Source: the human T2T-CHM13v2.0 reference genome, Homo sapiens. Taken from it: 64,000 bases of DNA. The notes under the pieces were generated by a model, which saw nothing but the letters and a program-made list of their open reading frames with translations, ran no database searches and was not told the DNA's origin. Numbering within the stretch: the stretch's first letter is position 1; each line of letters starts with the position of its first letter. Position numbers and translations under genes: made by a program. Shown in pieces: positions 15,961 through 32,076 of this stretch. Location of the stretch: the NCBI RefSeq assembly GCF_009914755.1, contig NC_060929.1; one strand, written 5' to 3'.

Positions 15961-16298
15961 CAGGAATCCCCAGTCCCTGGGCCACAGACTGGTATTTGTC
16001 TGTGGCCTGTTAGAAGCCAGGCTGCACAGCAGGAGGTGAGTGGTAGGCAAGCAGGCATTATCACCTGAGCTCTGCCTCCTGTCGGATGAGTGGCAACATT
16101 AAACTCTCATAGAAGAGCAAGTCCTACTGTGAACTGATCATGTGAGGGATCTAGGTTGAGTACTCCTTATCAGAATCTAATTGCTGATGATCTGAGGTGG
16201 AACAGTTTTCTCCCAAAACCATCTCCCCTGGCCCCTGGTCTATGGAAAAATTGTCTTCCATGAAACTGGTCTCTGGTGCCAAAATGGTTGGTACAGCC
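15961..16298 (+). mobile_element. MER1B (hAT-Charlie MITE)
   Basis: cacagcaggaggtgag, gagggatctaggttg, tggaaaaattgtcttccatgaaactgg motifs; homologous to 38430-38932. Confidence 0.85.
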
Positions 16299-16576
16299 AG
16301 GATACTAAATAGAACAATTCAGAGGCCAGGTAAGCACACAGATACTCCTAATGTAGTGCAGGATGTGCTGAGGCTGAAGGTGCTGGCATTTATGCTGGGC
16401 TTGAAGGATTTTTGACAAGTTAAGGAAAGTAGTATTAGCGTAAAATTTTGAAGGAAGGTCTTGAGAACAGATTGGTTTTTAAAAATACTGTGGGTAATTA
16501 TGGAGTTATTGGAATTACTACCTGTTACTCATTCCAAATAGATCACCACCTTTAGGAGAAAGTTCTTTAGATGTCT

Positions 16577-16881
16577 TGGCACGGTGGCTTACACCTGTAA
16601 TCCCAGCACTCTGGGAGGCCAAGATGAGGATCGCTTGAGCTTAGGAGTTTGAGACCAGCCTGGGCAACACAGACCTCATCTCTACAAAAAAAAAAAAATT
16701 TAAAAATTAGCTGGGCATGGTGGCTTGCACCTGTAGTCTCAACTACTCAGGAAACTGAGGTGGGAAGACAGCTTGAGCCTAGGAGGTTGAAGCTGCAGTG
16801 AGCTATGAGCCCACCACTGCACTCCAGCCTGGGTGACAGAGTGAGACCCTCTCTCAAAAACAAAAAACAAAACCAAAAAAA
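16577..16881 (+). mobile_element. AluJ
   Basis: Alu dimer with J diagnostics. Confidence 0.9.
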
Positions 16882-17239
16882 GCTTCAAAATTATCTGGAT
16901 TCCTCAATCTGCTCTTTGCTGCTTCCAACACATTTCAAATTTGGCATATTTCTGATTTCAGATTGTTTTCTAGAGCAGTGTCATGGACATATTTTTTCCT
17001 GAATCTAATTGAAAGCACACATTAGAAAACCTGTCTGGTTTCTTAGAGTCATTCTGTTTTGCAGGAACAAATGTTCTCTGATTCCTCAAAGAACTTCTCT
17101 TCTTTTGGACTGCTAAAGCTTTTCTTAGGAACTGTGCCATTTCTGTCTGCTCATATTTATAGAGGGAGGGCTATGGAATTGAGGAATGAGATGGGGTCTA
17201 TTAGAAGTTGTAAGATTTGTATTCAAATATTTTAGTCCA

Positions 17240-17380
17240 GGCCGACCACAGTGGCTCATGTCTGAACCCCAGCACTTGGGGAGGCTGAGGCAGGTGGATT
17301 GCTTGAGCTCAGGAGTTTGAGACCAGCCTGGGCAACACGGTGAGATCCCATCTCTAAAATTTAAAAAAACAAAAACAAAA
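17240..17380 (+). mobile_element. FLAM/Alu left monomer
   Basis: Monomer + A-rich tail; caaatattt(t/c)..gtcca on both sides. Confidence 0.85.
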
Positions 17381-18239
17381 CCCCAAATATTTCTGTCCAA
17401 AATAAAAAAGCGGAAGGAAAAGCTGTAGTTATTGTTCTACAGTTTGCTATTTCTACACTTTGCTAATTCAGAATTCTGTCACCCAAGGAATATGTGCATT
17501 GGAGGTGACTGCCAGATGCTCTTTTCCTTGCCAGGAGCAGTGTGGAATTCATGGGAGCAGTGCCCTTTTCTTGCTGGGCACCTTGGCACTGGCTGCGCAC
17601 ACCTGTACTCTTGGCCTCCCTTGTTTGCTTGGTGTGCTGTTGGTGTGGTGCCTTTTGTGGTGACACCAAGTGGGAATCAGGTAGACTTGACATACCCTCA
17701 CCATCACCCTTTATTCCTCTGAATTAGGAACTGTGAATGGGATTTTGTTGGGATCTCTTCCAGACATTTTCCTGGCAGACAAGAAGGCAGCTTGTTGACA
17801 TCACTGGTCCAATTGGCCTTCCTTCAAATTTGTCCCCTCTGACTTAACACTCTAAGAGATATCCTGAAATTTCTAGCTTGAGGATACCATCTTACCACAG
17901 TTTCCTATGCAGATACAAGTTTTCCCTTAATTGTATATTCTGCAGTTTATTTTGATGGGACATCGATACATTGCTCAAGATATGGATGAATTTTCCCCTA
18001 AGTTCAAACCTCCTTAGTAGCTTAAAAATCAGTTATTCTCTGGATAAGTATGGTGGCAGCTGAAGCTTCTGGGCTTGTATACAGCCTGCGGTATATCTCA
18101 TCTGTGCTGTAGACAGTCTGTAAATCTGGGTTTGGCCATGAAAGTATATTGTGAATATGAACATCAGCTAATTCTAGAGAAAAAGAAGCGCTATTCAAAA
18201 TAACGGAGTGGAATTTCCCATGGGTCTTTGAATAATAAC

Positions 18240-18485
18240 CATACCAGCTAACACTTACTGAATGTTTACCCTGTGCCAGACATGGTTTTCAATATTTTAT
18301 AAATATTTGATTCATTTAATTCTCACAACAACCCTCTGATAGAGGCTACTCTTATTATCTCGTGTCTTGCAGTTGAGGCACACAGGGGCAACTAACTTGC
18401 CCGAGATAATAAGTGGTAGAGCGAGGCTGTGCACCCAGGTGGTCTGGCTTCTGGGTTCTTGCTTTTAAGCACTATATTATACTGC
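18240..18485 (-). mobile_element. MIR
   Basis: tcatttaattctcacaacaaccct, gaggcacacagggg..aacttgcc core. Confidence 0.7.
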
Positions 18486-18876
18486 ATTTCAAAAGGCGGG
18501 ACTGAGATTAGAGATCTGTGGTCTTCTAATGCTAGTATAAAGAGTTTGGATTTGCTAGAATAGACAGAAGGGAGCCAGTTTATTCTCAGTAGTAGAGAGG
18601 TGTCAAGATGAAACTGTCAAGATAATAACATTCAAATAGTTGCAATGGAGACATAAAAAGGATATTTTGGGGGCAGTTGGGGCAAAAGGAAAAGTTGTGA
18701 AAGCTGGCTACTTCCTCAGTGTTTTAGTAGCAATATTATCTGTTAAGCCCAGTGTTCTGCTTGAGTCTTTTCCTCAGGCAAGCATTCATTCACTCAGTAA
18801 ACATTTATTCATCACTAGCCTGGTGTCAGCCCTTGTGCCAGATGCCTGGGATACAGACGTAAAAGCCATGGTCCCT

Positions 18877-19160
18877 GGCCAGGTGTGGTGGCTCATGCCT
18901 GTAATCCCAGCACTTTGGGAGGCCGAGGCGGGCGGATCACCTGAGGTCAGGAGTTCAAGACCAGCCTGACCAACATGGTGAAAGCCCATCTCTACTAAAA
19001 ATACAAAATTAGCCAGGTGTGGTGGCACACACCTGTAATCCCAGCTACTTGGGAGGCAGGAGGCAGGAGAATCCAAGAGACAGAGGTTGCAGTGAGCTGA
19101 GGTCGCACCACTGCACTCCAGCCTGGGTGACAGAGCAAGACTCTGTCTCAAAAAATTAAA
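18877..19160 (+). mobile_element. AluS inserted in an L2 3' fragment
   Basis: Alu with TSD taaaagc...gtccct; upstream cattcattcactcagtaaacatttatt is an L2 end. Confidence 0.92.
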
Positions 19161-21739
19161 ATAAAAGCTACAGTCCCTGTTCTTGAGCTCTCAACTTATG
19201 TGACACTACTAGGTATATACCAAGTGACTTTCAGTAAAAAATGTAAGTGATAAGAAGTTGTGTATAGGATGCCCTGGAAATAAAGTTTCAGAATTTCAAA
19301 AGCATTCATATTATTATTTCATTGTTTTAACAATAAATAGACTCATTGCTTTTCAGTGTGTGGGGTCAAACTGCAGATTGCTGACAAATGTCTTAGATTA
19401 AGGCCTGAATCCATAGCACAAGACCACACGCTAGAGTTCCAGTATTACTTGAGTCGAATTTTCCTGCTTTTGGTGATTTGTGTGTGTGTTCACTGGCTAC
19501 TTGGCATCTAGTTAAATCACAAAACTCTAAGCCAAGATGGTTTTGGAGAATCCCTTGTGATCTTTAAAAGGGTAATGAATGAGGCTTCCCATATGGGAAC
19601 CTCAATGACTTTTCCAAAGTTCTCCATATCTGCCAGCATCCTTGGTTTGGCTCCTCTGTTGCTTTTGTTAAGAAATGTTCAGTTGCAGAGTTCAGCCTTC
19701 ATGGGCTTGCCTTGGAGGCCTGTGTCTTCTGGGGGCTGGGGAGACCGTGATGAAGAGGGCCATCTGTGCACATGCTCGTCTGAAGCCCAGACCAGACTGA
19801 TACTGAATGTCATGGCCCCTTGTCTCATGCTTTTAAAAAATGCTGACCTCTGCCTTTAGACACCAGGCAGAAGTGATTTCTTGGAACTAGATTTTTCCCC
19901 CTGTGGGTGGATATTAGCGTTTATTTTGGGCTTGCTATTATTGGAGTGTAGGAAGGCTATAACAAATATGCCCTTTCTTGAGAACTATAAGAGTTCTGTT
20001 TTAAATAAATCAGTGGTGTCTCTTGCCTGAAATATACTAAACTATCCAGACTACTTAAAATTAACCTCTGATAACATTAGACATCGTGCTCATATGTGTG
20101 TAGTATTTTGATTATTTAAGTCACTCTGTTTACTAAGGCTTCCAAACCCACTTACATTGCTTATAGAAACTTGGAATGACAATAATGAGTTTGGAGCATT
20201 GTGGAACATCCCCTCCAAGCCAGAAAAAATTCTATTTTAATGGAACAATTCATTCAAAAATATCTGGATAGATCTACCAGGAAGGGCATGGTGGAAGAAT
20301 GTGAAAGTTTCTGCCATTAAGTACAATCTGTTTGGGAATTCAAATATGTTAAAATGTGCTGGCATCCCCTATTTTACAATGGAGAAAACAGAGGCATGCG
20401 AGGTTAAGTAACTTCTCCAGGGTCACACACATGGTAGAGCCAAGATTTGAACTCAGGAACCCAGAATCCAGGCTCTTAGCCCTACACTGTTCCCCTCTCT
20501 GTAAGCAGATATGAAGTGGGAGCACCATATACTTGGAATGCTAGTGTAAAGCTTTGTTGAAATAGATGGCAGGGAGCAACTTTATGCCTAGTTGGCAGAG
20601 AGATGGCCAGATAAAAATGGGAGGAAAAAGTACTCGTAGTTACAATGTAGAAGAGGACAGAATAACTTGGATTCCAGAATCAAGAGCTTGGCTGAGGCAG
20701 AGCATTTGTGTGGCTTATATGGCATGGCCCAGAGGGAGCGCTGGGCAAAGAGGGATTTAAGGTTTGAAACTGGATTAAGAAAAGCCTTGAATGGGGGCAT
20801 GGAAGAGTGTGGGATCTCTTGTTGACCATGGACAGCCACGGATGGTTTTGAATAAGGAAGTGAGCCACAGCAGTGGACAAGAGTACATCACTATGAGGGA
20901 AGTTGGCATGGGAAGAGGGAAGAGGGGAAGTGAAGCAGGGAAGACAAGTTAAAAGACAATTGAAATGTCCTAAACAATGATCAGTGTCAGAACCTCTTCC
21001 ATGGTTTTATGAAGAATCCACACGTGTCATTGTGCCCCAGGAGCTTGGCAAAGAGGAAGTGTCTAGCACGATGCCTGGCAAAAGTAGGAACCAAAAAGGT
21101 GTTTGTTGAACCAAATTGGACTGAATAAGAGGATTGGCCATAGGGATGGAAAAGAAGTCAATGCCAGGGAAACGAGAGACGTGGCGCTGACAGTCTTTGA
21201 TGAGTAATTGGCTGGGGAGGTGGAGGGAGAAAAGATGAAGCTTCTCCAGCTTGGGTGGCCTCGTCGCTAACCAAGGCAAGGGGCTTATGACTCGGGGCTC
21301 AGCAAGCCTGGTTCAGGTCCTTTTCTCTCTATGGGGCATCTTGATTGCCCATTGGCATGTATTAAGTCTATATGTGCTGAGTCGTGTGAGTGCTGAGATT
21401 TAACCTCTCGTCTTGGTCAACATTTTAATAAATACAGGCGTGGTTAATATCAAGCCAGTGTGTCATCTTCATTGTTGGCAAGCGAAGAGTAATTTTGGCC
21501 GACAGTAGAATCGTAGGGAATATCTAAAAGCATTCATACTTTTTTCAGACACCTAGGTGATTCTAATGTGCAGCCTTGAGCCATATTCTTTGAGAAACAT
21601 TGCGGTAAACAGTTGCTTTTTTTTTAATCATAAAAATGTGTTTTCTTTAAGAAATGTGAAAAACATAGAGAGGTAGATTTAAAAACATTTGACGTGTGCA
21701 GCAGCCTTGAGCTAAGTGCCATACACTACTGCAGTTTGC

Positions 21740-22058
21740 TGTTTTTTGTTTTTTTTGTTTTGTTTTGTTTTGTTTTTTAAGATGGAGTCTCACTCTGTCG
21801 CCCAGGTTGGAGTGCAGTGGTGCGATCTCGGCTCACTGCAACCTCTGCCGTCCCAGTTCAAGTGATTCTCTTGCCTCAGCCTCCTGAGTAGCTGGGATTA
21901 CAGGCGCCTGCCACCACACCTGGCTGATTTTTTGTATTTTTAGTGGAGAAGGTGTTTCACCATCTTGTCCAGGCGGTCTTGAACTCCTGACCTCGTGATC
22001 CACCCGCCTTGGCCTCCCAAAGTGCTGGGATTACAGGCATGAGCCACTGTGCCCAGCC
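21740..22058 (-). mobile_element. AluS (Sc/Sg-like)
   Basis: Reverse-complement Alu with (GTTTT)n tail. Confidence 0.95.
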
Positions 22059-22227
22059 TGCTATTTTTAGTGTCTATACCCAAAGCACCACCCGGTGATT
22101 TTGAACAAACAGGAAACAAATCAACGTAGCGTGTGGTTCCTGCAGAAGGCTGCTGTCAGACTGCAGTCAGTAGGGGTGGAGTCCTCTGGGGATGTTTGTG
22201 CTGGTTGAGCAAACCCTCTCCATGTGT

Positions 22228-22675
22228 CACCGCATCAGTTTCTTAGGGCTGCCATAGCAGATTACCACCAGCTGTGGCTTAAACAATGGATGCCTCTCGC
22301 AGTTCAAGAGGCCAGAAGTCCAAAATTAAGACATCAGCAGGGTTGGTTCCTTTTGGACATTCTGAAGGAAAAACTGTTCCATGTCTGTCTCCTGGTTCTG
22401 GTGGTTGCCAGCAATCCTTGGTTCCTTGGCTTGTAGGCACACCACTCTAATCTCTGCCTCCATCTTTACATCGCCTTCTTCCTCATGTCTCTGCATCCTC
22501 TGTTCCATTTCTAAGGATACCAGCTGTCAGATTTAGGGTCTATCCCGAGTCTAGAATAATTTAATCTCTAGAACCTTAGTCAGTTACATCTGTAAAGACA
22601 CTATTTCCAATTAAGATTGCATTCTGAGGTTCCAGGTAGACATGAATGTTTGGAGGACACTATTGAACCCCCACA
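22228..22675 (-). mobile_element. MLT1C-type solo LTR
   Basis: cagtttcttagggctgccatagca, tggttgccagcaatccttgg, acatctgtaaagacactatttcc. Confidence 0.8.
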
Positions 22676-23829
22676 GTCACTTAGGACTTACATGTACGTA
22701 GGGCTAGCCAACACCAAGTATGGGAAGCTCTCTTGGACTCCTACCCTAACCTTGGGGTCCCCAATTTTTTTCTTAGTGTTCAAACAAGAAACTAGTCATA
22801 GGCAATTGAGATACCCTGGGCCTGGGGTAGACCCCAGCTTCATAGAAGATCCCTTCTTTCACATGTTGAACTAACTAGTTCCAAAAGGGTGTGTATGGGG
22901 CGGGGGTGCAGAGAAAATACAGATTAATTAGCACTCACGTAGAATTTATAACTTGAAGGACTGTTTCCATGGCATGTGAATTTCTTTAGCTATCTCTTTG
23001 CCCTTTGTTAATTCTTTAACATCTGTAAAGGGCATGATCAGGACAGGAGATTACTTTGGTCCTCGACTCTGACTATTTAGACACTTAAAGTGCACTTAAG
23101 CAGACTTTGTGGATGAAATCATTTTGTCTGGATACTTCATGTGAAATGTGTAATGTATCGCTTGGGTGAAGGGCAAAGCTCAGGAGTTGTGGCTGCTTAT
23201 GATGCTCAGACACATGCCAGGAATACTTTTGGAGTGTCCTTGGATAATAGCCAGACCTGTCTCCAAGTGTCTTGTCTGTGGGCAAGGAAGCCTTGCTCAG
23301 ACTCTAAAATATTCATTGTTACATGCGTACCTCCCTTTAAGCAATGAATGAATGTTTGAGTAGATCAAATCCTATATTTTTTTTTCCGCAAAAGCTTGCT
23401 ATTCACAGAGGCCTTATGAACATGTTTATAAAGCAAATAATCTTGTTTTAAATGCTTTTGTGTAACTACAAATTTTATATTTAATACTGAGTTTTCTTTA
23501 GGTGTGGTTCCTGTGTTTAAAAGGCACTTATTCAGACCTCAGAGTTCCCAGTCTTGATACCAGCAGACTGAGGTCTCTCCCTCGCCCCAGTGACCACTGT
23601 GCTGTGATCTGCTGTTCTCTTCCAGTTGGCTTGGTTTTTTGGAAGTCTTCTCAATGTGATGGGCATATGCGGGAGGCAGGAAAGTGCAGTGATAAGAGCA
23701 TTGGAGTGCAGGGTTTGAATTCCAGGTCTTCCACTCTCTGACTTTGTAACTTTAGGCAAGATGCTTATATTTTCTTTGCCTCAGTTTTCTCATCAGTAAC
23801 ATGAGGATAACAATATCTGCCTCAGGATG

Positions 23830-24275
23830 GTCTATCAGTTTCCTGTGACCGCTGTAAGAAATGACCACAAACTGGGTGGCTTAAAACAACAGAAATGTAT
23901 TCTCTCAACAGAAATGATTCTCGAAAATCAAGGCATTGGCAAAGCCATGCTCCCTCCCAAGGTTCTAGGGAAGAATCCTTCCTTGCCTCTTCTAGCTCCT
24001 GGTAGTTGCTGGCAATCTTTGGTGTTCCTTGGTTAATGGCAGCATAATTCCAGTCTCTGCCTCCATTATCACATAGCCTTCATTCTGTGTCTCTATGCCT
24101 TTGAGTCTCTCTCTCCTTACAAGGACACCAATCATTGGATTTTGGATCCAACTTAAACGAATATGACCTCATCTTAACTTGATGATGTTTGCAAAGACCC
24201 TATTATCCAATAAGGTTACATTCTGTGGTACTGGGAAAATGTGCATTTTCTGGGGACACTGTTCAACCCAGTAAA
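23830..24275 (-). mobile_element. MLT1C-type solo LTR
   Basis: accacaaactgggtggcttaaaacaacagaaat, ggcaatctttggtgttccttgg, tgcaaagaccctatt. Confidence 0.8.
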
Positions 24276-25018
24276 GGTGGTTATGGTGATTTAAATGAAA
24301 TAAATTATTTATGGCACCTGGAAGGTACTAGCACATACTCAAAATTCAGCAAATCACAAGAAGCCACTTTGTCATAAGGCTTGACTCATTTTCTGTACAA
24401 TCTCATTGCTCCTTTTTCATTTGACATTTGCTGCTCTTGCTTATACTGGGCCACCCTCATCTCATGCTTTTCACCATATTTTGGGGACATCTAAGTGGCT
24501 CCCTAATATTTCACCAGGATTTTTCCTTTCTGCCATCATTCTGGGAACTCTAACATTCACATCAATGACCCATCCAACACCTTGCCTCTGATCTATAGGA
24601 CCAGTCCCTGGACCTTGTCCTTACCTGTCCCCAATCCCATAGTCATTGCAGGTACTCTCTCACTGCCACTTCTCACCCTTTGACCCTGGAATCTCTGCTT
24701 CACTCTCTGTCTTTTCAGTCTCCCATGATAGATCAAGCCAACTGCCCCTTTCTCCCATCCTACCCGATGCCTCCAGTGAAAAATCATGTGACCTTACCAA
24801 ATGGTTTCTCTATGGAGTTACAAATGCTGCTCCCAGCTGGACCTTTGGAGCTGTTCAAAGACCCTTATATTTATTTTAAGCAGGTTTCCTTACTCACTTC
24901 CCCCCGGGAGCTATTGGAGCATTACCATGTGTAGGGCTTCTTGGCCCACCACTGACCGGGCTTACTCTGTCTCCCATTTCCCCAAGAAAAGGTAAAAGCC
25001 ATAAAACACCAACAGTGA

Positions 25019-25797
<779 letters not shown>

Positions 25798-25871
25798 TGA
25801 CTCCTTTGCTTGCCCCAGTGTATGAACACATTTAAACCCCCCTAAAAAGTTTAAACATCCTAAAAAGTTCC

Positions 25872-26226
25872 TGATATGTCTTGGCTGTGTCCCCACCCAA
25901 ATCTCAACTTGAATTGTATCTCTCAGAATTCTCACATGTTGTTGGAGGGACCCAGGGGAAGGTAATTGAATCATGGGGGCTGGTCTTTCCTGTGCTATTC
26001 TCATGATAGTGAGTAAGTCTCACGAGATCTAATGGGTTTATCAGGGATTTCTGCTTTTGCTTCTTCCTCATTTTTCTCTTCCCACTGCCATGTAAGAAGT
26101 GCCTTTTGCCTCCTGCCATGATTCTGAGGCCTCCCCAGCCATGTGGAACTGTAAATCCAATTGAACCTCTTTTTCTTCCCAGTCTCAGTTATGTCTTTAT
26201 CAGCAGCGTGAAAACCAACTAATACA
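25872..26226 (+). mobile_element. THE1A solo LTR
   Basis: tgatatg...actaataca; perfect TSD gttcc (25867-25871, 26227-26231). Confidence 0.93.
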
Positions 26227-27790
26227 GTTCCCTCCTTCATTTTCCTTTGAATTGCTTTGGCTTTCTCCTCTGGAGAGAACCAACTATATTGTAAATGGAG
26301 TGACTGCATATGTTTTTTAACTTCTTTGTTATTTTCCTTATCTGTAAAGGGCTAATAATAGTACCTACCTCATAGGGTTATTGTAAAGGTTAAATTGTAA
26401 TATAGTACAGCTCCTCGCACTGTACATTTTAATTTTAGTAGTAATGGTATCCTCTTTGGGCTTTCATAGGACTGAGTCCACAGCACTAGTCTAGCACGGA
26501 TAAACAATGACATAAGTAGCTATTGGGTATGTTTCTCTTCTCAGAAGTCTGAAGGCTCCTCAAGGAACAATATTCCTGTCAATCTTTCTATGCCAAGCAC
26601 TTCACATAGTACATAAGATAAACACACACATACTCTCTCACTCTCTAAATAATGAATATAAGTAAATGAGTAGTTGAAACCAATAGAATTGGATGGGATA
26701 ATTTTTCTCCATGAAGGAAAAAATTGGCTTCACCTATTTTAGGCTTATCTCTGCCCCCATGAGACTGTGCTTTGACTTCTTGTGACATGGTGGGTCTTTA
26801 AAATTATTTAATAATTTAAAATTCTTAAAGAGGTTAATTAATAGTAGCTCCCAAGGTAGAAATGAGAAAAACAAAGCCTTTCCATGCACAGCTCTGAACT
26901 GAGCCCCTACCATCCAGTGGGCAGTGGGCAAGGGGCATGGGGCTTAGTGGTGAACGAGACAGATGCTAGCCATTGCCCATGCCCTGGAAGTCTAGTCCAG
27001 TGGAAGGTGGACAGACCTTTACAGATACTTTGGAAATACTATTTAATTACAACCATGCCAAGGCCTATGGAAGAGAGCATGGGGGACCCCAGCAAAGAGA
27101 ACTAACCTGGTCCTGGTGGCCATGAAGGGCTGGGGAAAAGGAAAGCAATGAGGAGGAGGAGCTTGCTGAAGTGGGTAGGGCAGAGGGACCAGCCTGTTTC
27201 TGGATGGAGGTGTTTATGTATTATGTACACGCCACAGCACTCGGCAGTTATGTAGAAAAGACCTCAGGAAGTGCTGACACTCTTCATTTAGGGAGAGTGA
27301 TGGATTTCGGGGTGAATAGCAGGGACAGTGTAACCTGCATGTGTGAATAATCTTAAGCAAAAATGTAAGTAAAGGGAAAAGACATTTTAGATAAACTCAT
27401 CAGGTATTGGTCTGAAGTAACGAACATTATCTGGAACACTCTTTTATGAAACTGCTGGTTAGGTGCTTGCCGTGTTGTATTGGTAATTTTCTGGTTGTAA
27501 GGTTTCACTTGTATCAACTTGTTGTTTATGCTCTCTACTAAATACATCCTGTATGTTTCAATCCTTGTGTCTTTTCTTCTCTCCTTTAATTTAAATATTA
27601 CTTCTTGCAAGGACTGGTTCACAATCCAGTCAGGAAATTCCCTGCTTGCCCAGCTGAGAGTTGTCTTTCCTTGCTAGTGTGTCAATTCACCATTTTGCTC
27701 ACTTTGCCACTTCTAATATCCTATTTTGCATTGTTGGCGTATTTCTGGTATTACCGTATTTGATCTCTGCAACTATATAGAAAATTTGGG

Positions 27791-27928
27791 AGCCTCATGC
27801 CTATAATCCAGCCCTTTGGAAGGCTGAGGTGGGAGGATCCCTTGAGCTCAGGAGTTCAAGATCAGCCTGGGCAACCTAGGGAGACTCCGTCTCTACAAAT
27901 TAAAAAAATAAAAATAAAAAAAAAAAAA
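27791..27928 (+). mobile_element. FLAM/Alu monomer
   Basis: Monomer + A-tail; TSD agaaaatttggga. Confidence 0.87.
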
Positions 27929-29942
27929 GAAAATTTGGGAAAGGCTATACTGCATGTAAAACACACTTATTTGTTGAATAAGTGAATGAATGATAGGGAT
28001 TAGATCTCACTTATCTGTGTAACAGCTATAGAATCTTCTTTATTACCCTGCACCTAGTAGATACATATCCGTAAGTACTGGTGGATATAGTCAACTGGGG
28101 AAAATATTATTTGAGACTGAAGCTTGCCTGTTCCTTGTACCCTTTCTTAAAATGATGAGGTGTGCGCAAGATTTTTTCCTGGACAATGTGAATCTGAAAC
28201 CTTCCCAGTGAAAACAGTTTACTTTGTCTTTCGTCTTAGACTTGCTGATTATATTGGCAAAACAGTCTCCTCACCGAAAACTGGAGCAAGAAATGCAGCT
28301 TTTCTCAAGATAATCTCAGATAGATTCCTCCAGATGGCTGCCCGAGCAGAGGCACAGAACAAGAGCATTCTAATTGGTGATGGTTAGGGTTTTGGCATCT
28401 TTTCTCAGGAAAGTCAAAGAAACTCTCTTCCTGGCTTATTCTGTGCCACTGGATTATTTTGATTGAGTTGATATGTTTGAAAACTCAGAACCTCTTGACT
28501 AGCCAGATGTCTGTGACCACTGAGTTCCACTGGTTTTTCAGGTCCCAATGATTAAACCAAAATAAAAGAAGGTGATGCCATGTCTGGCCAAGGGCAGACA
28601 CTGCCGGTTGCCAAATCCCCAGCGTTCATCACCCGGTTGACATGATGTTTGCTATTCTAGATGGAGGCAGGCAAGGCTTCAAAAAGGCCAAGCTTCAAGA
28701 GAAAACCTTTAAGTAAGTCAGTGTCATTTGGAAATGATTTGATGAATAGGAAACTTACCGGCCAGCCAATATCATTTGTGATATATTAGCAGGAATGTTT
28801 GGAGCCCATATTGAGGGTAAGGGCTCTTTCCCACATGCCGCCCTTCATAGCTGACACATTACACATGTCTCTGCAGCATAACATATGGCTTCCTGAACTT
28901 GCAAGTATGGCTTAATGTTCTCTGTTGAAATCGTGTCTGTTTAAACAGTCTCTTGGAAAAGTGAGCCATATTCAATAAAATCATTAATTTCATGTCTGTG
29001 AATGTTTCTCTAGAGCCCTTTAAAATATGATTTTGAAGGAGCATAGTAGAAAATTTGCATTAAGCTGTTATCAGCCTCTAAAAGGGTATTGGACTATCAG
29101 TCCTAAATTGTAAATATTAAAATATTCACAGAACATTAGTCAAGAAGGAACAGTGCAGCTCATCAAATTCCAGAAGAATCACCATTTTAGGTACCTAGTA
29201 TGTGCCTGGCTGTTTATGTATGCTGCATCTGATTCTCAGGATAATTTACAAGTAGGGGGGATTTCCTGCCATTTATAGATAAGGACAGGGAGGCCCAGGG
29301 ACACGGATGACCACCTAGAAGTGATGGAACTGGAATTTCAACTCAATAGCACCGAACTCTGAAGTCTGTCTCTTCTTTTCTACACCAGGAATTTTAAACT
29401 TGGGCTTAGGAGTGGGCTGGGTGGGGGTAGATATTTAGGCCAGAAATCATATGCAAGTTTTTGTGTGGATGTGCATTATTCTGAGGAATGTCTGTAACTG
29501 TACCAGATTCTCCAGGGGGTCCATGAGGCCTCCAGAAGATTAAGAACCAGATTTTGGCGCCACTCTGCCTTTTTTTTAAGCGACGAGGAAACAGCAAGTG
29601 AGACTGAACCGTTCGAAGGCGTTTGACCTGGTGTTGACCAAAAACTGAAGCACAGGACTTCTTTCTAAATTCTGTGTGTATGTGTTTTGTATGCCTCAAG
29701 GGGGATGGTGAGGGAAGGAGAAGGAAATAAAAGAAATAAATCACATATGGAGAAAAGTACACAAAACCATGTACGTTCTGACAAGTAGTTATAAAGTGAG
29801 CATCTGAGGAGCTGCTAATCAGACCCTAAAACAGAGCAAGTCCCAGAATGGCCCCGGGTGTCCCTTCCTGATAGGATGCCACACCTTCACCCCTAATCAT
29901 GACCCTTACTTTTATACTGACCTTATCCTTACTTTGCTTTAT

Positions 29943-30545
<603 letters not shown>

Positions 30546-31782
30546 TATAATTTTATCATCTGTGTATACATCCCTAAACACTATGGTTCCATGTTTCCTG
30601 TTTCTATCTTTATGTGCATGCAGTCATACTATTGTGGGTTTTCTTGTGTGTGTCTTGCTTCTTTCAACAGTACTGTTTTTAATACCCATCTGTGCTGTTG
30701 TACCTAGTTGTAGTTTGTTCATTTTCATTGCTGTGTGTTATTCTGTTGCTTGACGACGTGATAATTTATCCGTTGTTTGTTATTGGAAATTTGGGTTATT
30801 TGTAATTCTTGCCTGTTATGAGCGATGCTTTCGTTGACATTCTAATGCATGTCTTATACACAGGTTGGGGAAAGACCAATATTTACTCAGCTTTTATGGG
30901 AAACAAAATACCTAGTTCTACAAGAAAATAGTGAAGAATTCTTCTCTTCACAGGCCTGCTTCCTTAATGCCTTGTGGAAGAAGAAAATTCTTTCAAGTGA
31001 ATTCTCCTGTTAGTCTTAACATAGGTTCCAGTTGTCCTCAAGTTAGCAATAAAAATCAAAGGATGCACTCGTTGAACCTAAGTGATTCCAGGGCTCCACC
31101 CCAGACTCCTGGGGTCAGAGTCTGCTAGATGGGGCTTGGGAGTCTGCAGATTTAACAAGCACCCAGGTGATTCTTGTGACTGGGAGACATCGCGTTCACC
31201 CTGATTGAATTTATAAGGCTGGGCTTCTTAGTTGGGAAGAGATTTGAAGAAAGTATTTACATGATTAAAATCTTGGAAAATTGGCCTTTTAAAAAAGTTA
31301 AGGGAGTTGGATTTATTTAGCCTATAAAAAAAACCTGAAACACGATTTAATAGTTGTTTGCAAAAGAATGAAACTTTTGTAAATGAAAAAACAAATATTT
31401 GCTAAGTCGAGAGTGATTTAGGCCAATCAACCTCCTGCTAAAATCAGCAGCAAATGCTGAGCACCATGGGGGTAAGAAATGAAGACTGTTCTCAGGGCCT
31501 TCAGGGAGCTAAACACAGGAGAAAAACCGTAAGCTCTCGAACAAAAACCAGGATGCGATATTTCATCAAGTCTAGACTGTGGGCTTCGGTTGAGATGAGC
31601 GAGTGGATGGCCCCCAGGGACGCAATGGAGTAGAGAAACAGAGAGAGGCCACCAGGAAAGGGTGGAGAGGGCCCGCGGGGCTTGAGCTAGGCTTTCGAAA
31701 TACGCCTTTGCTTAGGCAGATGGGGTGACAGAGCATTCTGAAGCAGTGGCTGCCAGTGTTTTTTCTTGTGATCCTCCAGTAA

Positions 31783-32076
<294 letters not shown>

